Part shown: piece by piece, positions 1-9,608 of the stretch | Layout: each line of letters opens with the position of its first letter | How positions within the stretch are numbered: position 1 is the stretch's first letter | Assembly (NCBI GenBank): GCA_963677435.1 | Contig: OY781945.1 | Location: 2,240,001 to 2,304,000 of the forward strand | DNA from: an uncultured Aliarcobacter sp. | GTDB lineage: Bacteria > Campylobacterota > Campylobacteria > Campylobacterales > Arcobacteraceae | DNA: 64,000 bases | Direction of reading: 5' to 3' | Made by a program: the position numbers and the translations under genes | Notes under the pieces: model-generated | What the model was told of the DNA's origin: nothing | What the model saw: the letters and a program-made list of their open reading frames with translations, nothing else | Database searches by the model: none

Positions 1-363
1 GAAATTACAGATTTAAAAAATAGAAGAATTTCACAGCTTTCAGGAGGTCAAAGACAAAGAGTAATGATAGCTCGAGCACTTATTAGCAAACCTGAGATTC
101 TCATTCTTGATGAACCAAATACAGGTGTTGATACACATTCACAAGCTAAATTTTATGAATTATTGAACAAATTAAATAAACAAGAGAATATTACAATACT
201 TTTTGTAACCCATGATTTGGGTGTAATTGTAAATGATATTAAAAGAGTTTTATGTATTAACCAAACACTTTTATCATGTCATTCTGCACATGAAATACTT
301 AACGATGAACAAATGAGTAAAATCTATGGCATCAATAGTAATATTATTTGTCATCATCACTAA
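1..363 (+). CDS. znuC: Metal (Zn/Mn) ABC transporter ATP-binding subunit, 5'-truncated by window edge
   Basis: Frame open from base 1: LSGGQRQR signature, ILILDEP Walker B, VTHD H-loop, Cys/His-rich C-terminus (CHSAH...ICHHH); upstream of permease. Confidence 0.85.
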   Translation, partial: EITDLKNRRISQLSGGQRQRVMIARALISKPEILILDEPNTGVDTHSQAKFYELLNKLNKQENITILFVTHDLGVIVNDIKRVLCINQTLLSCHSAHEILNDEQMSKIYGINSNIICHHH

Positions 364-371
364 GGAATTAT

Positions 372-1190
372 ATGGAAATTTTTGAATATTCATTTATGAT
401 ACGAGCTTTTATTGCAGGAATCTTTATAGCTATTTTAGCACCAACTTTAGGTACTTTTGTTGTGGTTAGAAGATATTCTATGCTTTCTGATTCTTTAGCT
501 CATATATCCTTACTTGGTGTTGCTCTTGGTTTTTTATTCTCAATTTCAACAACATTTAGTGCAATTATAATAGCTCTTTTTGCATCACTAATAATAGAAT
601 ATTTAAGAAAAAATCATAATATTTATTCGGATTCAATTTTATCAATATTTCTATCTGGTTCACTTGCCATTGCAATTATTATTGTCTCATTATCACACTC
701 TTTTAATGTGGCACTTTTTGATTACCTTTTTGGCTCAATTGTTGCCGTTTCACAAGAAGATATTTATACGATTTTAATATTTGGAACTGCTACTGCACTT
801 TTTATTGCAAACTATTATCAAAAACTACTTTTTGTGGCATTTGATGAAGAAGTTGCAAAAGCATCTGGAATAAATGTAGGTTTTTTAAACTATATGTTGG
901 TATCACTTGTGGCAATAACTATTGGTTTATCCATAAAAATAATTGGTGTATTATTAATAGGTGCATTAATGATAATGCCAGTAATTTCAGCAATGCAATT
1001 TGAAAAGAGTTTTTTTATAACTTGTTTTTTAGCAGTATTTTTTGCAGTTTTAGCTGTAATTGTTGGTCTTTTTGCCTCTTTTTATATTTCATTACCAAGT
1101 GGAGCGACTATTGTGGTTGTTTCCTTAATTATTTTTATATTTAGTATTACACTAAAAATAAATAGAAAAGCTTTAAAATGTGACAATTAA
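372..1190 (+). CDS. znuB: Metal (Zn/Mn) ABC transporter permease
   Basis: ABC-3 permease motifs (DSLAHISLLG, FDEEVAKASG, PSGATIV); AAGGA SD before ATG at 372. Confidence 0.85.
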   Translation: MEIFEYSFMIRAFIAGIFIAILAPTLGTFVVVRRYSMLSDSLAHISLLGVALGFLFSISTTFSAIIIALFASLIIEYLRKNHNIYSDSILSIFLSGSLAIAIIIVSLSHSFNVALFDYLFGSIVAVSQEDIYTILIFGTATALFIANYYQKLLFVAFDEEVAKASGINVGFLNYMLVSLVAITIGLSIKIIGVLLIGALMIMPVISAMQFEKSFFITCFLAVFFAVLAVIVGLFASFYISLPSGATIVVVSLIIFIFSITLKINRKALKCDN

Positions 1191-1325
1191 CAAATGTGAT
1201 ATTGATTATATTTTATTATGTTATTATGTATTTGTACATTAAGATTCTCATTTTACTCTTTTTTAAATAGTATTATTATAATTTTCATTTACAAAAATAA
1301 GCATGGTTGCATAAGGAAATTTTAG

Positions 1326-4300
1326 ATGAATGGAAATAAGACTTTTACTATTGTTGCAATTGGGGCAAGTGCTGGTGGATTGGAACCTATAAAATCGTTA
1401 ATAAGTAAAATAACATCATCTGATGCTTTTACATATGTAATTACTCAACATTTAGATCCACAAAAACCTACTGAAATTCTAGAAATTTTATCAAGAGTAT
1501 CACCAATACCCATATCTATGATAGAAAACAATGAAACTATCAAGTCAGATAAAATATATATTTGTCCACCTAAATATGATTTAATTATAGAAAAAAACTG
1601 TTTTAAATTAATTCAACCTTCTTTAAAAGCTTATTTTACTCCTTCTATAGACAAATTTTTTATCTCTCTTGCTAAAAATAAAGAAGATAAAGCAATTGGT
1701 ATTATACTCTCAGGAGCAGGAAATGATGGCTCAAAAGGAATTGAAGCTATAAAAAATTCAGGTGGTATTACAATTGCCCAAGAAGAATCAACAGCTATTC
1801 ATCCTGAAATGCCAAAATCAGCAATAAATACAAATCATATAGATTTAGTTTTGCCACCTGATAATATTGCTTTAGAGTTACAAACTATTCTAAAAGATTC
1901 ATTTATTTTAGATAAAGAAGAAGATTATGCCAATCAACTAAATAAAATTTATAGTATTTTATTTGATAAAACAAATACAGATTTTAGCGATTATAAAACT
2001 AGTACTATTCAAAGAAGAATAAAAAGAAGAATGATTTTAAATAAAAGAAATAACCTAAGTGATTATATTGATTTTTTAAAACATTCTGAAAAAGAAGTCT
2101 TTTTATTACATAAAGAGTTATTAGTAATCGTAACATCTTTTTTTAGAGATAAAGATGCTTTTATAGAGTTAGAAAAAACAGTAGAAGATCTTTTATTAAA
2201 AAAAGAAAAAAATGAACCTATTAGAGTTTGGGTTTCAGGTTGTGCTACAGGTGAAGAAGCATATACTATAGCTATTGTTTTACATGAGATATTAGAAAAA
2301 AACGACTTAAATAACAAAATCCAAATCTTTGCAACTGATATATCAACAGAAGCCATATCAATTGCCCGAAAAGGAAGCTATTTAGAAGATGATTTAAAAG
2401 ATCTTAGTCAAATTATTTTAGATAAATATTTTGAAAAAAAAGATGGAGAGTTTAAACTATCTAAGGATATTAGAGATTTAATTATCTTTTCAAAACATGA
2501 TATTATAAAAGATCCTGCGTTTTTAAACATGGATTTAATTACCTGTAGAAATTTACTTATCTATTTTAATCCTACTCTTCAAAAAAGAATTTTTTCTATA
2601 TTTTTCAATGTCTTAAGAAAAGACGGTTTTCTTTTTTTAGGAAAAAGCGAAAGTACTATTAATCTTACAAATCTTTTTTCTAGTGTAAATAGTAAAAGTA
2701 AAATTTTTAAAAAAGATTTATCAGCATCTTCTCCTAGTTATGATAATTTAGCTTATAATCACAAAAAATTTACATCAAATACAATTCCTATAAAAAAAGA
2801 TGAAAATAGAAATCATTTGCAAGATTCTCTATGTCAAACTATATTAAATCAATATATTCAAAATTATATTATTATAAATAAAGAAAATAATATTGTCTAC
2901 ACACAAGGTGAATTAGATAATTATATGAAACTACCTAAAGGTGGATTTACTCAAGAATTATTCTCTTTTTTAAAAGATAATATAAGAGTAGATGTAAGAA
3001 CTGCCATTATAAAAGCTAGAAGAGAAAATGAGATAGTTAAACTAAATATCAAATTAAATAAAGAAAAAAATCTACAAATTGATGTTCTTCCTATAACAGA
3101 AAATCACTCTAAGACAGAGAGTTTATGCATTATTTTTAAAGAAAACGAAGATAATATAACTATAGATTTAACAAGTGAAAATAGAGATTTATTTGATACT
3201 TATAATAGAGTAAATATCCAAGAATTAGAACTTGAATTAATAGAAACAAAAGAGAGACTTCAATCAGCGGTTGAAGATTTACAATCTTCAAATGAGGAAC
3301 TTCAAAGTACTAATGAAGAATTCCAGTCAAGTAATGAAGAGTTACAATCTTCAAATGAAGAGCTTCAAAGTACAAATGAAGAGCTCACTGTTGTAAATGA
3401 AGAGCTAGAAACAAAATCTAATGAGTTAATAAAAGCAAAATTAGAACTAGAACATATAAATAATAATTTAGAAAATCTAGTTAATGAAAAAACTATTGAA
3501 ATAAAAAAAATAAATGAAAATCTTGAAGAAAAAAATAGTGCATTAACTGAAACATTAGAATTATTTGAAAATACATTTGAACAAGCAGCTGTTGGAATTG
3601 CCCATCTTTCACTAAATGGTAGATGGCTAAAAGTAAATAATAAGTTTTGTGAAATTGTTGGTTATTCAAAAGAAGAATTAATTGAGTCAGAATTTAAAGA
3701 TATAACACATCCTGATGATTTAGATGAAGATTTAGTTTATATTGCTCGGTTATTAAAAGGTGAAATCAATAACTATTCACTAAATAAGCGTTATTATAAA
3801 AAAGATAAATCAATAATTTGGATAAATTTAACATCCTCTCTTGTAAGAAACAGTTCAACTAGTGAACCAGACTATTTTATAAATGTAATAAAAGATATAT
3901 CTTTGCAAAAAGAGTATGAATTACAATTACAATTACAAAAAGATGAGCTTGAGATTATTTTTGATTTTAGTCATGACAGTATTGTTATTATAGATTTAGA
4001 TATGAATTTTTTGAAATTTAATAAGGCATTTTTAGATTTGACAGGATATTCACAAGAGTATTTATTATCAATAAATTACAATGATTTAACTGCTTCTGAA
4101 GATAAAAAAATAAATGAATTAGCAATAAAAAAAGCTATTGAGATTGGACATGTGGAAAATATTGAAAAATGTTATATTCTTAATGACAAAAAAGTTGTTA
4201 CTGTTAATATGAGTGCAACTTTACTTCCTAATAAAAAAAATATTCTTTTATCATTAAAAGATATTTCAAATTTAAAAATTATGGAAGAACAATCAAAGCT

Positions 4301-5012
4301 AGCTTCAATGGGAGAAATGATAGGAAATATTGCCCACCAATGGAGACAACCTTTAAGTGTAATTACAACAAGTATAAGTGGCCTAAAAATGAAGTCTGAA
4401 ATATTAGGGGTAGAAAAAAATGATATAAATACTTGTGAAGAGAATATTCTTAAACAAGCAAATTATCTTTCAGATACGATTGATAATTTTAGAAATTTCC
4501 TAAAACCTGAAATATTTATTCGTAAAATTAGTATTATAAATCTTGTTGAAAATACTTTAAGTATTACAGGTGCTTCCCTAAGTAATAACTATATAACAAC
4601 AATTTTAGATTTAAAAGATGATTTAAGTATTGATGGCAATATCAATGAATTAACTGAAGCACTTATAAACATAATAAATAATAGTAAAGATATATTAAAA
4701 AGTGATGTAGTAGTAGAAGCAGATAGATTGTTATTTATATCTACAGAAAAAATAGATGATAAAAATTTAGAATTAAAAATATTAGATAGTGGTGGAGGGA
4801 TTAAAGATTCTCTTATGAATAAAATTTTTGAGCCGTATTTTACAACAAAACATCAATCTCAAGGAACAGGATTGGGTTTATCAATAAGCTATAAAATAAT
4901 CACTCAAAGATATTTTGGAAATATTAGTGTTTGCAATGAAAATTTCGAATATAACAATAACCCTTATAAGGGAGCATGTTTTAAAATTTTATTTAAAAAT
5001 TTAAGTGAGTAA
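1326..5012 (+). CDS. Hybrid CheB methylesterase / CheR methyltransferase / coiled coil / PAS / histidine kinase
   Basis: CheB triad GASAGG, TQH, GAGNDG; CheR GCATGEEAY, CRNLLIYF; ELQS(S/T)NE heptads; PAS (THPDDL); H-box AHQWRQPL; DSGGGI, FEPYFTTK, GTGLGL. Confidence 0.9.
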   Translation: MNGNKTFTIVAIGASAGGLEPIKSLISKITSSDAFTYVITQHLDPQKPTEILEILSRVSPIPISMIENNETIKSDKIYICPPKYDLIIEKNCFKLIQPSLKAYFTPSIDKFFISLAKNKEDKAIGIILSGAGNDGSKGIEAIKNSGGITIAQEESTAIHPEMPKSAINTNHIDLVLPPDNIALELQTILKDSFILDKEEDYANQLNKIYSILFDKTNTDFSDYKTSTIQRRIKRRMILNKRNNLSDYIDFLKHSEKEVFLLHKELLVIVTSFFRDKDAFIELEKTVEDLLLKKEKNEPIRVWVSGCATGEEAYTIAIVLHEILEKNDLNNKIQIFATDISTEAISIARKGSYLEDDLKDLSQIILDKYFEKKDGEFKLSKDIRDLIIFSKHDIIKDPAFLNMDLITCRNLLIYFNPTLQKRIFSIFFNVLRKDGFLFLGKSESTINLTNLFSSVNSKSKIFKKDLSASSPSYDNLAYNHKKFTSNTIPIKKDENRNHLQDSLCQTILNQYIQNYIIINKENNIVYTQGELDNYMKLPKGGFTQELFSFLKDNIRVDVRTAIIKARRENEIVKLNIKLNKEKNLQIDVLPITENHSKTESLCIIFKENEDNITIDLTSENRDLFDTYNRVNIQELELELIETKERLQSAVEDLQSSNEELQSTNEEFQSSNEELQSSNEELQSTNEELTVVNEELETKSNELIKAKLELEHINNNLENLVNEKTIEIKKINENLEEKNSALTETLELFENTFEQAAVGIAHLSLNGRWLKVNNKFCEIVGYSKEELIESEFKDITHPDDLDEDLVYIARLLKGEINNYSLNKRYYKKDKSIIWINLTSSLVRNSSTSEPDYFINVIKDISLQKEYELQLQLQKDELEIIFDFSHDSIVIIDLDMNFLKFNKAFLDLTGYSQEYLLSINYNDLTASEDKKINELAIKKAIEIGHVENIEKCYILNDKKVVTVNMSATLLPNKKNILLSLKDISNLKIMEEQSKLASMGEMIGNIAHQWRQPLSVITTSISGLKMKSEILGVEKNDINTCEENILKQANYLSDTIDNFRNFLKPEIFIRKISIINLVENTLSITGASLSNNYITTILDLKDDLSIDGNINELTEALINIINNSKDILKSDVVVEADRLLFISTEKIDDKNLELKILDSGGGIKDSLMNKIFEPYFTTKHQSQGTGLGLSISYKIITQRYFGNISVCNENFEYNNNPYKGACFKILFKNLSE
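3273..3405 (+). repeat. Imperfect 21-bp in-frame tandem repeat encoding EELQS(S/T)N heptads
   Basis: EDLQSSN-EELQSTN-EEFQSSN-EELQSSN-EELQSTN-EELTVVN-EE in the translation. Confidence 0.85.
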
Positions 5013-5082
5013 AACTGATAAAGATTATTTTGTCTTTTTAATTTCTAATTGGATAAAATCCATTCAAAAAAAGAAGAGTGAT

Positions 5083-5649
5083 ATGTTTAATACAAATGAT
5101 TATTGGGAAGAAGAATTTTTAGAGTATGATGATAAAAACTTAGATTCTATCTATTTTGATAACTGTACTTTTCTAAAATGCGACTTTTCTAAAGCTATTT
5201 TTTATGGCTGTAAGTTCACTGAATGCACTTTTACAAACTGTGATTTATCCCTAGCATCATTGAAATCTTGCACTTTTAATGATGTTACATTTGAAAACTG
5301 CAAACTCATAGGTATCTCTTGGAGTAGTTGTCAAGAACCTTTTGATGTAACTTATAACTCTTGTAATCTTTCTCAAAACTCTTTTCATTTACTTGATTTA
5401 AGACAAATGAAATTTGTGAATTCACTAATAAGAGATACTGGCTTTGAAGAGTGTAATCTTGAACGAGCACTTTTTGAAACTTGCGATTTAGAACTAACAA
5501 GTTTTATAAATAATAATCTAAAAAAAGCAAACTTTGAAACAGCGAAAAATTATCTTATTGATCCAAAACAAAATGATATAAAAGATGCTTTATTTTCCCT
5601 TCCAGAAGCTTTGAGTTTTTTAAATTTGCTTCCTATAAAATTAAAATGA
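5083..5649 (+). CDS. Pentapeptide repeat protein
   Basis: Repeating (C/A)(D/T/N)(F/L)xx units (CTFLK CDFSK AIFYG CKFTE CTFTN CDLSL); probable ATG at 5083. Confidence 0.85.
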   Translation: MFNTNDYWEEEFLEYDDKNLDSIYFDNCTFLKCDFSKAIFYGCKFTECTFTNCDLSLASLKSCTFNDVTFENCKLIGISWSSCQEPFDVTYNSCNLSQNSFHLLDLRQMKFVNSLIRDTGFEECNLERALFETCDLELTSFINNNLKKANFETAKNYLIDPKQNDIKDALFSLPEALSFLNLLPIKLK

Positions 5650-6404
5650 ATATCTTAAAAATAACTATACTAATAAATTTAGTATTTAATTGTGCCTTTG
5701 CAAATGATAAAGATATAAAAACTATTTTTGATAAAACGCAAATCAATGGAACACTTGTTATTTCATCTTTAGATGGGAAAAAAGAGTATATATATAATAA
5801 ACAAAGAGCAATAACAAAATATATTCCTGCCTCAACTTTTAAAATACCAAATACACTAATCGCATTACAAGAACAAGTGATAAAAGATGAAAATGAAATC
5901 ATAAAATGGGATGGAATAATAAGGTCTTATGATTTTTGGAATAAAGATCAAACTTTACAAAGTGCAATTAAGTACTCATGTGTGTGGTGTTATCAAATAT
6001 TTGCAAAAAAAATTGGTAATGACAAATATCTAACTTATTTAAAAAAACTTCACTATGGTAATGAAAAAACAGGTGAAAATGTAACAACTTTTTGGTTGGA
6101 TGGTGATTTAAAAATATCTGCGATTGAGCAAATAGAGTTTCTAAAAAAGTTATATAACAATGATTTACCTTTTAATCAAAAATATATAGACATCACCAAA
6201 AAAATATTGACAGATGAAGAGACAAAAGACTATATACTCAAAGCTAAATCTGGTTGGTCAGGGAAAATTGGCTGGTATGTTGGTTATATACAAAGTAAAG
6301 ATAAAGTGTGGTTTTTCGCATTAAATGCTGATATTTCAAAAGAACAATTAAAATATAGAAAAGAAATAGTAATCGAAGCTTTAAAGATAAGAAAAATAAT
6401 ATGA
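5646..6404 (+). CDS. blaOXA: Class D beta-lactamase (OXA family)
   Basis: Signal peptide; PASTFK (SxxK), SCV (SxV), YGN, FWLDGDL, KSG (KTG-equivalent), GWYVG. Confidence 0.9.
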   Translation: MNILKITILINLVFNCAFANDKDIKTIFDKTQINGTLVISSLDGKKEYIYNKQRAITKYIPASTFKIPNTLIALQEQVIKDENEIIKWDGIIRSYDFWNKDQTLQSAIKYSCVWCYQIFAKKIGNDKYLTYLKKLHYGNEKTGENVTTFWLDGDLKISAIEQIEFLKKLYNNDLPFNQKYIDITKKILTDEETKDYILKAKSGWSGKIGWYVGYIQSKDKVWFFALNADISKEQLKYRKEIVIEALKIRKII

Positions 6405-7012
6405 ATTTACCACTTGAACACGCACTTACAGTATTTATGGCTTTTTTTGCCATAATGAATCCTATTGCAAACACTACAGTTTTTGTAGCCCTTGCAGGAG
6501 ATAGAAAAGCTTCTGTACAAAAACAGATTGCTAGAAAATCATTATTCATAACTTTTATAATAATAGTTTTATTTGCAGTTTTAGGAAAATCTATCTTTAA
6601 TTTGTTTGGAATAACTCTTCCTGCTTTAAAAATAACTGGTGGTATTTTGATATTTTTAGTTGGTTATCATATGTTACAAGGTTCGAATTCTAAACTACAT
6701 ACAGCCCAAGAAAGTGAAGATACAGAAGTTTCAATATCTCCTTTAGCTGTGCCTTTATTAGCAGGACCTGGAACCATTGCAACTGCTATGAATTATTCAG
6801 CAAGTGGAGGTTGGCTTGAAATTGTAATTACTGTTTTTGTATTTGCACTTTTATGTATTATTACTTATATTTGTTTCATATTTAGTACTAAAATTATATC
6901 TATTGTGGGAGAACAAGGTCTTAGTTTAGTTACAAGATTAATGGGATTAATTCTAGCTGTTATTGGAGTGCAAATGTTAATTATAGGAATAAATAATGCC
7001 TTTAACTTTTGA
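6401..7012 (+). CDS. MarC family membrane protein
   Basis: IMNPIAN, PLAVPLLAGPGTIA, TRLMGLILAVIGV motifs; about 6 TM helices. Confidence 0.9.
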   Translation: MNLPLEHALTVFMAFFAIMNPIANTTVFVALAGDRKASVQKQIARKSLFITFIIIVLFAVLGKSIFNLFGITLPALKITGGILIFLVGYHMLQGSNSKLHTAQESEDTEVSISPLAVPLLAGPGTIATAMNYSASGGWLEIVITVFVFALLCIITYICFIFSTKIISIVGEQGLSLVTRLMGLILAVIGVQMLIIGINNAFNF

Positions 7013-7595
7013 AGAACAATTTGATATTTTATATCCAATACTTAATAATATTTCTCCTATTTCAAAAGTTAACTGGGAAATTGCAAAACCATATTTCAAA
7101 ACAAAAACATTAAAACAAGGTGAACATCTTTTTTATATGGATGATAAGGTTGAAGATTTTTATTTTTTAATTGATGGATTAGCTAGATATTATTATCTTA
7201 CTGAAAAAGGAAAAGAGTTTAACAAATCTTTTGCAGAAAAAAAAGGACATCTGTTAAGTAGTATATCTGCTGTATCACATGGAACTGGTTCTCCTTTTAG
7301 TGTGGAGGTACTTAGTTCATTTACAACACTTTATATTCCCTATAAAAAACTTTTAGAACTGGGCGAAAAATATAAAGAGTGGAATGATTTGTTATTGCGT
7401 ATTTACGAAAATTTAATCATCAAAAAAGAGAGAAGAGAAGCTGATTTTTTACTTTTAAGTGCAAGAGAGCGTTATGAAAAATTCTTAAGTGATTATTCAA
7501 TGATAGAAGATGCTGTTCCTAACTATCATATTGCTTCATATTTAGGTATTACAGATGTTGCTTTATCAAGAATTAGAAAAGAGATGAAAAATTAA
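6996..7595 (+). CDS. Crp/Fnr family transcriptional regulator
   Basis: cNMP-binding-like N-domain (GLARYYY..GKE), ARERY, HTH 'IASYLGITDVALSRIRK'. Confidence 0.9.
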   Translation: MPLTFEEQFDILYPILNNISPISKVNWEIAKPYFKTKTLKQGEHLFYMDDKVEDFYFLIDGLARYYYLTEKGKEFNKSFAEKKGHLLSSISAVSHGTGSPFSVEVLSSFTTLYIPYKKLLELGEKYKEWNDLLLRIYENLIIKKERREADFLLLSARERYEKFLSDYSMIEDAVPNYHIASYLGITDVALSRIRKEMKN

Positions 7596-7633
7596 CATAG
7601 GTTAATGACAATAAAAAAATTTGATTGTATACT
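7591..7633 (+). promoter_or_regulatory. Palindromic operator ATTAAC-N4-GTTAAT (7591-7606) plus -10 TATACT (7628-7633)
   Basis: Perfect 6-bp inverted repeat overlapping the Crp/Fnr stop codon, centred about 41.5 bp upstream of the predicted TSS (~7640). Confidence 0.65.
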
Positions 7634-7660
7634 TTGCTTATCAATTTTATGGAGACAAAG

Positions 7661-8227
7661 ATGCAATTAAAAATAGCCCAAATAAAAGATATAGATAATA
7701 TTTTAAAACTACACGCAAAATACCAACTAGCAACTATTGCAGAAGATGATAAAAAAGATGGATTTGTAACTACTGGATTTACTCCTGAAGAACTTAAAGC
7801 GATCATTGAGCAAGAACAAGGAATTTTTATAGCTGTTGAAGATGATACAGTTCTTGGATATGTAATGTCAGCTTCTTGGCAGTTTTGGTCAAAATGGCCA
7901 ATGTTTGTTCATATGATAAAAGACTTACCAAAACTTAACTATTTAGGACAACCTTTAAGCGTAGATAATTCTTACCAATATGGACCTGTTTGTATAGATA
8001 AAAGTGTAAGAGGAAGCGGACTTTTAGAAAAGCTTTTTGATTTTGCTTTAGAGTCTATGTCTAAGCGATACCCTATTTTAGTAACTTTTGTAAATGTAAT
8101 CAATGAGCGTTCTTATGCTGCTCACAAAAGAAAATTAGGACTTGATGTTATTCAAGAGTTTGAATTTAACAGTAATAGATACTACGAGATGGTTTTTGAT
8201 ACTTCAAAAAGAGTTTTAAAAAAATAA
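7661..8227 (+). CDS. GNAT family acetyltransferase
   Basis: YGPVCIDKSVRGSGL acetyl-CoA motif A, N..S..AH...LG; GGAG SD before ATG at 7661. Confidence 0.8.
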   Translation: MQLKIAQIKDIDNILKLHAKYQLATIAEDDKKDGFVTTGFTPEELKAIIEQEQGIFIAVEDDTVLGYVMSASWQFWSKWPMFVHMIKDLPKLNYLGQPLSVDNSYQYGPVCIDKSVRGSGLLEKLFDFALESMSKRYPILVTFVNVINERSYAAHKRKLGLDVIQEFEFNSNRYYEMVFDTSKRVLKK

Positions 8228-9456
8228 TGAACGACAATTTAAAAAACAAAGATTTATGTAAAATCAGAACCATAACTTCTTTTTTAACTTTTTCAAAAGA
8301 TAAATCAACTTGGGAAGAGAAAATAAAAGAGGCTTCATTATTTGGAGGAGACTTATCAAAAGAGTTTAACCAAAAGGGATATACAGTTCAAAGTATAAGA
8401 ATAGTTACCAATGCTTTTGGAGAGTATCTTGATACATCAACTTTGCAAAGTGCTATAAAAGATATGCAGTTTTTATCTGATTTATTAAAAAGCGATTCTA
8501 TGCCAGATATTAGAATACGATTTGCAATAGGTGAAGCAAAAACTTCAAATGAAATAGAAATGTTGCCAATACTAGTACAAAGATTTGGAGATTTGTGTAA
8601 TGTTTGTGTTAATGTTGGAGTTGATGAGTTGGGAGTTCCAGATGCAATTAAAACCTTAGAGTGTGCAAAAGTAGTTAAAGAAATAGCCAAAATAACACCA
8701 AATGGTGAGGGTAATTTTAACTTTACTATAAATTATAACTGTAAACCATTAATCCCCTACTTTCCAGCTTCTTATCATAATAGTAACGATGAAGATTGTT
8801 TCGCATTAGGACTTGAAACCCCTGATTTACTAGTAGTGGCTTTAAAAAGTCTGCCTGAAGAAAAAGACCATAATAAAAACTGGCAAAGTTCATATGAAAT
8901 CATGAGTAATTCTTTACAATATCATATAAATGATATTTTAAAAATAGTACATAATTTTAAACATAACTTTAAAAGAAAATTTGCAGGAATTGATACTTCA
9001 GCAGCTCCTTCTAAAAACTGTTCATCTATGGTAGATGTATATAAACTTTTGGGTGTTCCATATTTTGGAGCTTCTGGTACTATTGAAGCTTCAGCACTTT
9101 TAACAAAAGTGTTCAAAGCTCAAAAAGGCTGTGAGCTTATTGGTTTTTCTGGACTAATGTTAGCAGTTGTTGAAGATGAAGGCTTGGCACTTGCTACAAA
9201 AAATAATGAATTTGAAATACGCTCACTTCTTACATACTCATCGGTTTGTGGAATTGGACTTGATACTGTTCCTATTGAGGGAAATACCAGTGTTGAAAAG
9301 ATTGCTGATATTTGTAGAGATACTGGAACTATGGCATTTAGATTAAATAAGCCATTAACTGTAAGATTATTTCCAGTTCCTGGATTAAAAGCTGGTGATA
9401 TTACAAAATTTGAAAGTGATGACTTGTGTAATAGTGCAGTTTTATTAGTGCCATAA
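8227..9456 (+). CDS. DUF711 (UPF0210-like) family protein
   Basis: KIRTIT N-terminus, GIDTSAAP, GFSGLMLAVVED, SSVCGIGLDTVPI, KPLTVRLFPVPG; TAATG coupling to GNAT. Confidence 0.8.
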   Translation: MNDNLKNKDLCKIRTITSFLTFSKDKSTWEEKIKEASLFGGDLSKEFNQKGYTVQSIRIVTNAFGEYLDTSTLQSAIKDMQFLSDLLKSDSMPDIRIRFAIGEAKTSNEIEMLPILVQRFGDLCNVCVNVGVDELGVPDAIKTLECAKVVKEIAKITPNGEGNFNFTINYNCKPLIPYFPASYHNSNDEDCFALGLETPDLLVVALKSLPEEKDHNKNWQSSYEIMSNSLQYHINDILKIVHNFKHNFKRKFAGIDTSAAPSKNCSSMVDVYKLLGVPYFGASGTIEASALLTKVFKAQKGCELIGFSGLMLAVVEDEGLALATKNNEFEIRSLLTYSSVCGIGLDTVPIEGNTSVEKIADICRDTGTMAFRLNKPLTVRLFPVPGLKAGDITKFESDDLCNSAVLLVP

Positions 9457-9608
9457 AACATTTAATTTTAATTTCTATAATTTAAAGGAAAAATATCACT
9501 TCTGCACTGTTAAGCATAAGATCTTTTTTCTTTGTATACTTTAAAATATTATCTAATTCTAATAAATGAAATAGTAATCTATCTTCAATATTAATTGAAG
9601 GAAAGAAA

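Noticed and set aside
3273..3405. Tandem repeats as a CRISPR array or VNTR
   Set aside because: In-frame 21-bp coding heptads with synonymous divergence; no spacers and no cas genes
5083..5649. Calling the pentapeptide protein Qnr
   Set aside because: The repeat fold alone does not establish quinolone resistance, and no Qnr-specific features can be confirmed by eye
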